Shown here piece after piece: positions 1-13,717 of a stretch of 64,000 nucleotides of DNA (positions are counted from its first letter, which is position 1; the number at the start of each line of letters is the position of its first letter). Both the position numbers and the translations under genes were made by a program. The stretch comes from Octopus vulgaris. Lineage: Eukaryota. Under the pieces are notes generated by a model that was not told the origin of the DNA, did no database searches, and saw only the letters and a program-made list of their open reading frames with translations. Where the stretch lies: positions 25,172,001-25,236,000 of the forward strand of contig OX597832.1 of NCBI GenBank assembly GCA_951406725.2. The letters are read 5' to 3'.

Positions 1-248
1 GAATTCTATTGTAGTTTCTTCCTAAAGCACGCTTAACAATTGAAATACATACATACATACATAATAATAGATAGATATACACACATATATACATACATAT
101 GTGTGTGTGTGTGTATGGATGGGTTTTATCATTGCATGGAAGCATACCTATTGTTATACGACTCTAGAAAATGTTAAAGAATAAAGCTTTTCATAGGCAG
201 AATATGAGAATAATGATAACAACAACAACAAGAACAACTATAATACTG

Positions 249-249
<1 letters not shown>

Positions 250-295
<46 letters not shown>

Positions 296-654
296 GGTGG
301 TGGTGAGAAAAAGAAGAGGAGGAGGAGGAGGAGAGTAGAAGGCGGAGGAGGAGAGGAGAAGGAGAAGGAGAAGGAGGAGAAAAAAGAAGTACAAGAACAA
401 GAACAAGAACAAGAAGAAGAAGAAGAAGACGAAGAAGAAGAAGGAGAAGTGGAGCAGAAGGAGTAGAAAGAGAAGAAGAACAACAACAACAGCAAAAAGA
501 AGAAGAAGAACAAGAAGAAGAAGGAGGAGGAGAAGAAGAAGAAGAAGAATAAGAAGAAGGATAAGAGGGATAAGAAGAAGAAGAAAAAGGAGGAGAAGAA
601 GAAGAAGGAGGAGGAGGAGGAGAAGAAGAAGAAGAAGAAGAAGGATAAGAAGGA

Positions 655-685
<31 letters not shown>

Positions 686-777
686 AAGAAGAAGAAGAAG
701 AAGAAGAAGAAGAAGAAGAAGAAGAAGAAGAAGAAGAAGAAGAAGAAGAAGAAGAAGGATGGGGAGGAGAAGAAGGA

Positions 778-808
<31 letters not shown>

Positions 809-1237
809 AAGAAGAAGAAGAAGAAGAAGGAGAAGAAGAAGAAGAAGAAGAAGAAGAAGAAGAAGAAGAAGAAGAAGAAGAAGGAGAAGAAGGAGAAGAA
901 GAAGAAGAAGAAGAAGGAGGAGGAGGAGGAGGAGAAGAAGAAGAAGAAGAAGAAGAAGAAGAAGAAGAAGGAGAAGAAGAAGAAGAAGAAGAAGAAGAAG
1001 AAGAAGAAGAAGAAGAAGAAGAAGAAGAAGAAGAAGAAGAAGAAGAAGAAGAAGAAGAAGAAGAAGAAGAAGAAGAAGAAGAAGAAGAAGAAGAAGAAGA
1101 AGAAGAAGAAGAAGAAGAAGAAGAAGAAGAAGAAGAAGAAGAAGAAGAAGAAGAAGAAGGATGAGAAGAAGAAGAAGAAGAAGAAGAAGAAGAAGAAGAA
1201 GAAGAAGAAGAAGAAGAAGGAGAAGGAGAAGAAGAAG

Positions 1238-1269
<32 letters not shown>

Positions 1270-1292
1270 GAAGAGAAGAAGAAGAAGAAAAA
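250..1292 (+). repeat. Compound trinucleotide tract (GAT)n-(GGT)n-(GGA)n then ~0.85 kb of (GAA)n
   Basis: Direct reading. Confidence 0.97.
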
Positions 1293-1427
1293 GATACCCT
1301 ACCTTTAACAACAGCAACAATAACAACGAGTCATGCGTGGTTTGCAATAGAGTGGAATTCATCTTTTATATTAAATGAATGAAAAGAATTTCTGAACACA
1401 ACACCGGTTATAATTGTTTAAACCAAT

Positions 1428-1527
1428 TGTATGTACGTATGTATGTATGTATGTCCGTACATATTTAGGTATGTGTATGTACGTATGTATGTATGTATGT
1501 ATGTATGTATGTACGTACGTATGTATG

Positions 1528-1559
<32 letters not shown>

Positions 1560-1722
1560 TGTATGTATGTATGTATGTATGTATGTACGTACGTACGTAT
1601 GTATGTATGTATGTATGTATGGATGTGTGTATGTATGTATGTATGTATGTATGTATGTATGTATGTATGTATGTATGTATGTATGTATGTATGTATGTAT
1701 GTATATATGTACGTACGTATCT
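1428..1722 (+). repeat. (TATG)n microsatellite
   Basis: Direct reading. Confidence 0.97.
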
Positions 1723-1824
1723 ATGTATCTTGGAAGTATGTATTTGTGTATGTACGAATGTTTTCTATTTACATTTAGTCTTACAAAACTATTTAAACAA
1801 AGTAAATTATATGTAATACAGAGA

Positions 1825-1868
<44 letters not shown>

Positions 1869-1903
1869 TAATAATAATGATAATGATATTAATAATAATA
1901 ATG

Positions 1904-1937
<34 letters not shown>

Positions 1938-2016
1938 TAATAATAATTATAATTATGATGATAATAATAATGATAATAATAATAATAATAATAAAAATAG
2001 AAATAATAATAATAAT

Positions 2017-2050
<34 letters not shown>

Positions 2051-2095
2051 TTAACAACAACATTAATAATAACAATGATAATAATATAAATAATA
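1825..2095 (+). repeat. (AAT)n microsatellite
   Basis: Direct reading. Confidence 0.97.
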
Positions 2096-2167
2096 AATAT
2101 ACATAACGTAACTAATAATTATGAAGAAAAAATGCATAAATTAATATTTTAATATAATAAACAAATA

Positions 2168-5100
2168 CATTCTGTGAGGTGCGGCAGAAATATCGACCAC
2201 ATTCTGTAAGGTGCGGCAGAAATATCGACCACATTCTGTAAGGTGCGGCAGAAATATCGACCACATTCTCTAAGGTGCGGCAGAAATATCGACCACATTC
2301 TGCAAGGTGCGGCAGAAATATCGACCACATTCTGTGAGGTGCGGCAGAAATATCGACCACATTCTCTAAGGTGCGGCAGAAATATCGACCACATTCTGTG
2401 AGGTGCGGCAGAAATATCGACCACATTCTCTAAGGTGCGGCAGAAATATCGACCACATTCTGTAAGGTGCGGTAGAAATACCGACCACATTCTGTAAGGT
2501 GCGGCAGAAATATCGACCACATTCTTAAAGGTGCGGCAGAAATATCGACCACATTCTGTGAGGTGCGGCAGAAATATCGACCACATTCTCTAAGGTGCGG
2601 CAGAAAATGCCGACCACATTCTGTAAGGTGAGGCAGAAATACAGACCACATTCTGTAGGGTGCGGCAGAAATACCGACAACATTCTGTAAGGTGCGGCAG
2701 AAATATCGACCACATTCTGTAAGGTGCGGCAGAAATACCGACCACATTCTGTAAGGTGAGGCAGAAATAGAGACCACATTATGTAGGGTGCGGCAGAAAT
2801 ACCGACAACATTCTGTAAGGTGCGGCAGAAATATCGACCACATTCTGTAAGGTGCGGCAGAAATATCGACCACATTCTGTAAGGTGCGGCAGAAATACAG
2901 ACCACATTCTGTAAGGTGCGGCAGATATACAGACAACATTCTGTAAGGTGCGGCAGAAATAAAGACCACATTCTGTAAGGTGCGGCAGAAATACAGACCA
3001 CATTCTGTAAGGTGCGGCAGAAATATCGACCACATTCTGTAAGGTGCGGCAGAAATATCGACCACATTCTGTAAGGTGCGGCAGAAATACAGACCACATT
3101 CTGTAAGGTGCGGCAGAAATATCAGACCACATTCTGTAAGGTGCGGCAGAAATACCGACCACATTCTGTAAGGTGCGGCAGAAATATCGACCACATTCTG
3201 TAAGGTGCGGCAGAAATACCGACCAACATTCTATAAGGTGCGGCAGAAATACCGACCACATTCTGTAAGGTGCGGCAGAAATAACGACCACATCCTTAAG
3301 GTGAGGCAGAAATAACGACCACATTCTGTAAGGTGCGGCAGAAATAACGACCACATTCTGTAAGGTGCGGCAGAAATACAAACCACATTCTGTAGGGTGC
3401 GGCAGAAATACAGACCACATTCTGTAAGGTGCGGCAGAAATACAGACCACATTCTGTAAGGTGCGGCAGAAATAACGACCACATTCTGTAAGGTGCGGCA
3501 GAAATACCGACCACATTCTGTAAGGTGCGGCAGAAATACCGACCACATTCTGTAAGGTGCGGCAGAAATACAGACCACATTCTGTAAGGTGCGGCAGAAA
3601 TCCCGACAACATTCTGTAAGGTGCGGCAGAAATATCGACCACATTCTGTAAGGTGCGGCAGAAATACAGACCACATTCTGTAAGGTGCGGCAGATATACA
3701 GACAACATTCTGTAAGGTGCGGCAGAAATACCGACCACATTCTGTAAGGTGCGGCAGAAATACAGACCACATTCTGTAGGGTGCGGCAGAAATACCGACA
3801 ACATTCTGTAAGGTGCGGAAGAAATAACGACCACATTCTGTAAGGTGCGGCAGAAATAACGACCACATTCTGTAAGGTGAGGCAGAAATAACGACCACAT
3901 TCTGTAAGGTGCGGCAGAAATAACGACCACATTCTGTAAGGTGAGGCAGAAATAACGACCACATTCTGTAAGGTGCGGCAGAAATACAAACCACATTCTG
4001 TAAGGTGCGGCAGAAATACAAACCACATTCTGTAAGGTGCGGCAGAAATACAAACCACATTCTGTAAGGTGCGGCAGAAATACCGACAACAATCTGTAAG
4101 GTGCGGCAGAAATACAGACCACATTCTGTAAGGTGCGGCAGAAATACAGACCACATTCTGTAAGGTGCGGCAGAAATACAGACCACATTCTGTAAGGGTG
4201 CGGAAGAAATACCGACAACATTCTGTAAGGTGCGGCAGAAATAACGACCACATTCTGTAAGGTGCGGCAGAAATAACGACCACATTCTGTAAGGTGCGGC
4301 AGAAATATCGACCACATTCTGTAAGGTGCGGCAGAAATACAGACCACATTCTGTAAGGTGCGGCAGAAATACAAACCACATTCTGTAAGGTGCGGCAGAA
4401 ATACTGACCACAATCTGTAACGGTGCGGCAGAAAAACAGACCACATGCTGTAAGGTGCCGCAGAAATACAGACCACATGCTGTAAGGTGCGGCAGAAATA
4501 CTGACCACATTCTGTAAGGTGCGGCAGAAATACAGACAATATTCTGTAAGGTGCGGCAGAAATACCAGACCACATTCTGTAATGTGCGGCAGAAATACTG
4601 ACCACATTCTGTAAGGATGCGGCAGAAATACCGACCACATTCTGTAAGGTGCGGCAGAAATACCTGACCACATTCTGTAAGGTGCGGCAGAAATACCAGA
4701 CCACATTATGTAAGGTGCGGCAGAAATACCGACCACATTCTGTAAGGTGCGGCAGAAATACTCAGACCACATTCTGTAAGGTGCGGCAGAAATACCGACC
4801 ACATTCTGTAAGGTGCGGCAGATATATCGACCACATTCTGTAATGTGCGGCAGAAATACAGACCAACATTCTGTAAGGTGCGGCAGAAATACTGACCACA
4901 TTCTGTCAGGTGCGGTAGAAATACCGACCACATTCTGTAAGGTGCGGCAGAAATACAGACCACATTCTGTAAGGTGCGGCAGAAATACTGACCACATTCT
5001 GTAAGGTGCGGCAGAAATACCGACCACATTCTGTAAGGTGCGGCAGAAATACCGACCACATTCTGAAAGGTGCGGCAGAAATACAGACCACATTCTGTAA

Positions 5101-7353
5101 GGTGCGGCAGAAATACCGACCACATTCTGTAAGGTGCGGCAGAAATACCGTCCAAATTCTGTAAGGTGCGGCAGAAATACAGAAATACCTGACCACATTC
5201 TGTAAGGTGCGGCAGAAATATGACACCACATTCTGTAAGGTGCGGCAGAAATACAGACCACATTCTGTAAGGTGCGGCACTCTGCAGAAATACCGTCCAA
5301 ATTCTGTAAGGTGCGGCAGATATATCGACCACATTCTATAAGGAGCGGCAGAAATACAGACCACATTCTGTAATGTGCGGCAGAAATACTGAACACATTC
5401 TGTAAGGTGCGGCAGAAATACAGACCACATTCTGTAAGGTGCGGCAGAAATACCGACAACATTCTGTAAGGTGCGGCAGAAATACAGACAACATTCTGTA
5501 AGGTGCGGCAGAAATACCGACCACATTCTGTAAGGTGCGGCAGAAATACAGACCACATTCTGTAAGGTGCGGCAGAAATACAGACCACATTCTGTTAGGT
5601 GCGGCAGAAATACCGACCACATTCTGTAAGGTGCGGCAGAAATACCGACCACATTCTGTAAGGTGCGGCAGAAATACTTACCACACTCTGTAAGGTGCGG
5701 CAGAAATACCGTCCAAATTCTGTAAGGTGCGGCAGATATATCGACCACATTCTATAAGGAGCGGCAGAAATACAGACCACATTCTGTAATGTGCGGCAGA
5801 AATACAGACCACATTCTGTAAGGTGCGGCAGAAATACCGACCACATTCTGTAAGGTGCGGCAGAAATACCGACCACATTCTGTAAGGTGCGGCAGAAATA
5901 CACCGACCACATTCTGTAAGGTGCGGCAGAAATACCGACCACATTCTGTAAGGTGCGGCAGAAATACCGACCACATTCTGTAAGGTGCGGCAGAAATACA
6001 GACCACATTCTGTAAGGTGCGGCAGAAATACCGACCACATTCTGTTAGGTGCGGCAGAAATATCGACCACATTCTGTAAGGTGCGGCAGAAATACAGACC
6101 ACATTCTGTAAGGTGCGGCAGAAATACGACCACATTCTGTAAGGTGCGGCAGAAATACTGACCACATTCTGTAAGGTGCGGCAGAAATACAGACCACATT
6201 CTGTAAGGTGCGGCAGAAATACAGACCACATTCTGTAAGGTGCGGCAGAAATACCGACCACATTCTGTAAGGTGCGGCAGAAATACCGACCACATTCTGT
6301 AAGGTGCGGCAGAAATACCGACCACATTCTGTAAGGTGCGGCAGAAATACCGACCACATTCTGTAAGGTGCGGCAGAAATACCGACCACATTCTGTAAGG
6401 TGCGGCAGAAATATCGACCACATTCTGTAAGGTGCGGCAGAAATACCGACCACATTCTGTAAGGTGCGGCAGAAATACAGACCACATTCTGTAAGGTGCG
6501 GCAGAAATACAGAGCACATTCTGTAAGATGCGGCAGTAATATAGACCACATTCTCAAAGTGCGGCAGAAATACAGACCACATTCTGTAAGGTGCGGCAGA
6601 AATATCGACCACATTCTGTAAGGTGCGGCAGAAATACCGACCACATTCTGTAAGGTGCGGCAGATATATCGACCACATTCTGTAAGGTGCGGCAGAAATA
6701 TCGACAACATTCTGTAAGATGCGCAAGAATATCGACCACATACTGTAAGGTGCGGCAGAAATATCGACCACATTCTGTAAGGTGCGGCAGAAATACCGAC
6801 CACATTCTGTAAGGTGCAGCAGAAATACTGACCACATTCTGTAAGGTGCGGCAGAAATACCGACCACATTCTGTAAGGTGCGGCAGAAATACCGACCACA
6901 TTCTGTAAGGTGCGGCAGAAATACCGACCACATTCTGTAAGGTGCGGCAGAAATACCGACCACATTCTGTAAGGTGCGGCAGAAATACCGACCACATTCT
7001 GTAAGGTGCGGCAGAAATACTGACCACATTCTGTAAGGTGCGGCAGAAATACTGACCACATTCTGTAAGGTGCGGCAGAAATACAGACCACATTCTGTAA
7101 GGTGCGGCAGAAATACTGACCACATTCTGTAAGGTGCGGCAGAAATGCTGACCACATTCTGTAAGGTGCGGCAGAAATACCGACCACATTCTGTGCGGCA
7201 GAAAATTCTGTAGGTGCGGCAGAAATACCGACCACATTCTGTAAGGTGCGGCAGAAATACCGACCACATTCTGTAAGGTGCGGCAGAAATACCGACCACA
7301 TTCTGTAAGGTGCAGAAATACCGACACATTTAAGGTCTGACCACATTCTGTAA
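2168..7353 (+). repeat. 32-bp tandem satellite, left arm (~160 units; consensus CATTCTGTAAGGTGCGGCAGAAATAnnGACCA)
   Basis: Direct reading; copy number estimated as length/32. Confidence 0.98.
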
Positions 7354-7355
7354 CC

Positions 7356-10104
7356 TTGCAGAATGTGGTCTGTATTACTGCCGCACCTTACAGAATGTGG
7401 TCTGTATTTCTGCCGCACATTACAGAATGTGTTCCATATTTCTGCCGCACCTTGCAGATTGTGGTCGATATTTCTGCTGCACCTTACAGAATGTCGTCTG
7501 TATTTCTGCCGCACCTTGCAGAATGTGGTCTGTATTTCTGCCGCACATTACAGAATGTGGTCCATATTTCTGCCGCACCTTGCAGATTGTGGACGTTATT
7601 TCTGCTGCACCTTACAGAATGTTGTCTGTATTTCTGCCGCATATTACAGAATGTGGTCCATATTTCTGCCGCACCTTACAGAATGTGGTCGGTATTTCTG
7701 CCGCACCTTACAGAAAGTGGTCGATGTTTCTGCCGCACCCTTCAGAATGTAGTTTATATTTCTGCCGCACCTTACAGAATGTGGTCTGTATTTCTGCCGC
7801 ACCCTTCAGAATGTGGTTTATATTTCTGCCGCATATTACAGAATGTGGTCGATATTTCTGCCGCACCCTTCAGAATGCGGTTTATATTTCTGCCGCACCT
7901 TACAGAATGTGGTCTGTATTTCTGCCGCACCCTTCAGAATGTGGTTTATATTTCTGCCGCATATTACAGAATGTGGTCGATATTTCTGCCGCACCCTTCA
8001 GAATGTGGTCGGTATTTCTGCCGCACATTACAGAATGTGGTCGGTATTTCTGCCGCACATTACAGAATGTGGTCGGTATTTCTCCCGCACAATGCAGAAT
8101 GAGGTCGATATTTCTGCATCACATTACAGAATGTGGTCGGTATTTCTCCCGCACATTGCAGAATGTGGTCGATATTTCTGCTTCACATTACAGAATGTGG
8201 TCGATATTTCTGCTTCACATTACAGAATGTGGTCTATATTTCCGCCGCACCTTGAAGAATGTGGTCGATATTTTTGGCGCACCTTTCAGAATGTGGTCGG
8301 TATTTCTGCCGCACCTTGCAGAATGTTGTCTATATTTCCGCCGCACCTTTAAGAATGTGGTCGATATTTCTACCGCGCCTTTCAGAATGTGGTCGGTATT
8401 TCTGCCGCACCTTACAGAATGTGGTCGGCATTTCTGCCGCACCTTACAGAATGTGGTCTGTATTTCTGCCGCACCCTTTAGAATGTGGTTTATATTTCTG
8501 CCGCACTTAGAGAATGTGGTCGATATTTCTGCCTCACCTTACAGAATGCGGTCGATATTTCTGCTGCACCTTACAGAATTTGGTCTATTTTTCTGACGCA
8601 CCTTATAGAATGTGGTCTATTTTTCTGCCGCGCATTACAGAATGTGGTCTATTTTTCTGCCGCACTTAGAGAATGTGATCCGTATTTCTGTCGAACTTTG
8701 CAGAATGTGGTCGATATTTTTGCCGCACCTTGCAGAATGTGGTCGGTATTTCTGCTGCACCTTACAATATATGGTCTATTTTTCTGCCGCACCTTATAGA
8801 ATGTGGTCGATATTTCTGCCGCACATTACAGAATGCGGTCGGTATTTCTGCCGCACCTTGCAGGATGTGGTCGGTATTTCTGCCGCACCTTACAGAATGT
8901 GGTCGATATTTCTGCCGCACACTTCAGGAAGTGGTCGATATTTCTGCCGCACCCCTCAGAATATGGTTTATATTTCTGCCGCACACTTCAGAATATGCCG
9001 CACACGTCGATATTTCTGCCGCACACTTTTGAATGTGGTCGGTATTTCTGCCGCACCTTACAGAATGTTGTCGGTATTTTTGCCGCACACTTCAGAATGT
9101 GGTCTGTATTTCTGCCGCACCTTACAGAATATGGTCTACATTTCTGCCGCACCTTACAGAATGTGGTCGGTATTTCTGCCGCACCTTACAGAATGTGGTC
9201 GATATTTCTGCCGCACCTTGCAGAATATGGTCTGTATTTCTGCCGCACATTGCAGAATGTGGTCGATATTTATGCCGCACCTTACAGAATGTGCTCGGTA
9301 TTTCTGCCGCACATTGCAGAATGTGGTCGATATTTCTGCCGCACCTTACAGAATATATGGTCTGTATTTCTGCCGCACCTTACAGAATGTGGTCGATATT
9401 TCTGCCGCACCTTACAGAATGTGGTTCACATTTCTGCCGCACTTTACAGCATGTGGTCTGTATTTCTGCTGCACCCTTCAGAATGTGGTTTATATTTCTG
9501 CCGCACCTTACAGAATGTGGTCGATATTTCTCCCGCGCACTTCAGAATGTGGTTTATATTTCTGCCGCGCACTTCAGAACGTGGTCGATATTTCTGCCGC
9601 ACATTACAGAATGTGGTCTGTATTTCTGCCGCACCTTACAGAGTTTGGTCGGTATTTCTGCCGCACCTTACGGAATGTGGTTTATATTTCTTCCGCGCAC
9701 TTCAGAATGTGGTTTATATTTCTGCCGCACACTTCAGAACGTGGTCGATATTTCTGCCGCACATTACAGAACGTGGTCGATATTTCTGCTGTACCTTACA
9801 GAATGTGGTCGATATTTCTGCCGCACATTACAGAACGTGGTCGATATTTCTGCTGTACCTTACAGAATGTGGTCGGTATATCTGCCGCACATTACAGAAT
9901 GTAGTCGATATTTCTGCTGTACCTTACAGAATGTGGTCGATATTTCTGCTGTACCTTACAGAATGTTGTCGATATTTCTGCCGCACCTTACAGAATGTGG
10001 TCTGTATTTCTGCCGCACATTACAGAATGTGGTTTGTATTTCTGCCGCACCTTACAGAATGTGGTCGATATTTCTGCCGCACCTTACAGAATGCTGTCGG
10101 TATT
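7356..10104 (-). repeat. Same 32-bp satellite in inverted orientation, right arm (~85 units, more diverged)
   Basis: Units read CAGAATGTGGTCnnTATTTCTGCCGCACCTTA, the reverse complement of the left arm. Confidence 0.98.
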
Positions 10105-10609
10105 CCTCCTTTCGAGTAACCCTTGTCGATTTCCTACCTATCGAGCACTCCATGTCGTTGACCCACCTCTCGAAAGCACTCTCCTTCTCTCTTCTCTCTC
10201 CTTCTCTCTCTCCTCTTCCCTCTCTCCTTTCTGTCATGTCTCCTCCTCTCTCTCCCTCTCTCCCTCTCTCTCTCCCACACACGCACACGATCCCTTGCAT
10301 ATGTGTGTTTGCCTCTCTGTGTGTGCGTGTGTTTGTTTCTTCATTCTACTTGTATTCTATCTGCTTTACAGAATCGCAGATCTTTCCACAATCTCACTCT
10401 ATCATGGGGTTCAATTAGACAAATGTCATTTGCTACCTGTCAGTTGGAAGACAATCAACTTGGAAAGGATTGGAAAATGCGGTCCGCTTCACAGAATTCC
10501 TTCTTTGGGTAAATCTTTCAGGAACACTTCCAAGTGTGGGAATTGCGTTTAGTGATGTATTTTGCGTAATTGTCACACAGCTCCATTCAGTACATACATG
10601 TAAAATGAA

Positions 10610-10652
<43 letters not shown>

Positions 10653-11186
10653 AAGAGAGGGAGAGAGAGATAAAAGAAAAAAGAAGAAAAAAGAGGAAAA
10701 AAGGGGAAGAGGAAAGATAGATAGATAGATAGATTTGTTTCCTTCAGATATATAAAATAAAATATTAAAAAATTTATTCAAGGGAGATTACTCACATTAA
10801 GTTGTTTCCCATGCAGAACAACTCCATTGCCTTATAGTCTATCGCCAAAATTTGTTGAACATTCACAACTGCTATCCCCTACACATATAAACGAATGTCT
10901 ATTTGTTTAGGTATATACGGTTTTGCTCGTATAGTTATCTCCCCATTGTTTTGCATATATTCTTCTTATTCAGTCGGCAGAATGTACAATGTGGCTCAAG
11001 GGTGGATTGTTTCGTGTATTGGAACCTAGCAAACTGGTTTCAAATCCGGTCAGTCCATATATCCGGTCAGCGAATTTGAAACCAGTTTCGGTGAGTGCCA
11101 ATACCGATGCCCGAAACTCTGTAACTTCTGCCAATTTGAACTATAAATTACATACATATTTGATCTTGCCTAATTGAACTCCGTGT

Positions 11187-11290
11187 GGAAGCACGTGGCC
11201 TAGTGGTTAGAGCAGCGGATTCGCGGTCGGGGGATCGCGGGTTCGAATCTCAGACCGGGCGATGTGTGTGTGTTTATGAGCGAAACACCA
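11187..11290 (+). mobile_element. tRNA-derived SINE head (A box TGGCCTAGTGG, B box GGTTCGAATC), truncated
   Basis: Pol III boxes; same head as the minus-strand copy at 57803-58102. Confidence 0.7.
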
Positions 11291-11449
11291 TTCGCGTGTG
11301 TGTGTATATATATAACAGATAGAGATGCATTATCAATCCGGTCAAGATACTTCTTAAAGTGATCTATCAAGACTAATGGAAGCTGTTTTAAGCCAAATTT
11401 GCTATAATAAAGGAATTACATGTAATGACCTTTATTTGAACTTGTCTAC

Positions 11450-12027
<578 letters not shown>

Positions 12028-12069
12028 GCGGGGGGGGTGCTGTTAGAAAACCGCTTAATTATTTAATTA

Positions 12070-12508
12070 CTAGCAGCATAGCCCGGCGTTGCCCGGGTAT
12101 GTAAGAGCCCCTAGTAGGCAACGACTAATCCCAATCTAGTCCTTTCCCTCTAGGGAACGAAGGCGCATGTGTAGGTTGCAATGTCTTCTCTTCACTCGAA
12201 TACTTCTGTGTATACGATGTTCCTAGCTGTCCCTTTAGGCGATAAAAAGGTCGAGTTGTGTCCCCTAGACAGAAAATGTGTTGCATATAAAAAGCTTAGA
12301 TTCTCGACCCCATGTCGAATTTATCGATTTTTTCAAAACTGGGGGAACTTTTCAAAATTTTCACTGCGTTAGTTTTGAATTATGACATTGGGCTATGTGA
12401 GTGTCATGTTTCATCAGAATCGGTTGAAAGCCGTGGTCAGGGTGAGGGTACAACCTGACAGACACACAGACACACAGACAGACAAACTGCCGTTTATATA
12501 GAGAGAGA
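12070..12508 (-). mobile_element. Non-autonomous Helitron-like element
   Basis: Minus strand: A|TC 5' end, subterminal hairpin CCCGGGCAACGCCGGG, then CTAG|T 3' end. Confidence 0.75.
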
Positions 12509-12757
12509 TTTATTTCGAGCCATAGAAAAATGGCTGCTATTTGTAACAATGTCGATCGACCGCTTTACAGAAGGATTAGCGTCACGATGTTCCACTTAGC
12601 GGTGAAGATCCCACAAAGGTAAGAATTGAAATCCGTGAGTGTCTAATACTTTAAAAGATTGCTGTCCTTAAAAACACTTATAAAACGTATTTATTCGTGT
12701 ATAAACTGCACCCCAGCTCGTCTTATTCAGCATTTGGTATAAAATAGTGCTACTTCA

Positions 12758-12812
<55 letters not shown>

Positions 12813-12841
12813 GGGTTTGTATGATTGTGTATATATATATA

Positions 12842-13647
12842 TTATTCAAAGAAATTCCAACTCCGACTTGTTTTTGATGTTTTATTTATATTCTTTATAA
12901 TATTAATGTAGAATATAGAATATATGGTATAGAAAGTATATATAGGTGCAGGAGTGGCTGTGTGGTAAGTAGCTTGTTTACCAGCCACGTGGTTCCGGGT
13001 TCAGTTCCACTACGTGGCACCTTGGGCAAGTGTCTTCTACTATAACCTCGGGCCGACCAAAGCCTTGTGAGAGGATTTGGTAGACGGAAACTGAAAGAAG
13101 CCCGTCGTATATATGTATATATGTGTGTGTTTGTGTGTCTGTGTTTGTCCACCTAGCATTGCTTGACAACCGATGCTGGTGTGTTTATGTCCCCGTTACT
13201 TAGCGGTTCGGCAAAAAGAGACCGATAGAATAAGTACTGGGCTTACAAAAGAATAAGTCCCGGTCTCGAGTTGCTCGATTAAAGGCGGTGCTCCAGCATG
13301 GCCGCGGTCAAATGACTGAAACAAGTAAAAGAGTAAAAGAGTATAGTAAAATGAAAGTATTGATTGTCTTATTGAAAAGATGAAATATTGAATATCAAAT
13401 ATTAAGGGACTAGTATACTTTCTTGCATTATAGCAGTCTTCAATGTCCCAGGTTGTGACAAGAGAGTTTCAACTGTTGAAACACTCCTGTCACAACCTGG
13501 GACCTTGAAGACTGCTTTAATAAGGCAATCAATACTTCATTTCATTTTACTATATATATATCATTTATACTATATATTCTATATTCTACATTAATACTAT
13601 AAAGAATATAAATAAAACACAAAAAAAACAGAGTTGAAATTTCTTTG

Positions 13648-13652
<5 letters not shown>
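12842..13652. mobile_element. Palindromic foldback/MITE-like element in (TA)n, left arm interrupted by a SINE
   Basis: Ends TTATTCAAAGAAATT / AATTTCTTTGAATAA. Arms are reverse complements; central 41-bp stem with a 1-nt loop at 13474. Confidence 0.75.
12945..13341 (+). mobile_element. tRNA-derived SINE family A (CORE-like CCTTGGGCAAG motif, internal TA/TG microsatellite, GTAAAAGA tail), full length
   Basis: Near-identical copies at 15061-15527(-), 53756-54162(+), 54796-55199(+). Confidence 0.9.

Positions 13653-13682
<30 letters not shown>

Positions 13683-13717
<35 letters not shown>

Noticed and set aside
238-2106. Long poly-F, poly-R, YVCM and poly-N ORFs
   Set aside because: Translations of (GAA)n, (TATG)n and (AAT)n microsatellites; the same applies to the many YIYI, HTHT and LSIY ORFs throughout the window.
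2168-10104. CRISPR-like array (conserved ~29-nt repeat with a variable slot)
   Set aside because: The variable part is only 2-3 nt from a small alphabet, there are no unique spacers or cas genes, and the context is eukaryotic; it is a tandem satellite.
10372-10552. Possible plus-strand terminal exon after the satellite (ttacag|AATCGCAG..., RIADLSTISLYHG...CGNCV*)
   Set aside because: Plausible acceptor, but no recognisable protein motif and no partner exons identifiable in the window.
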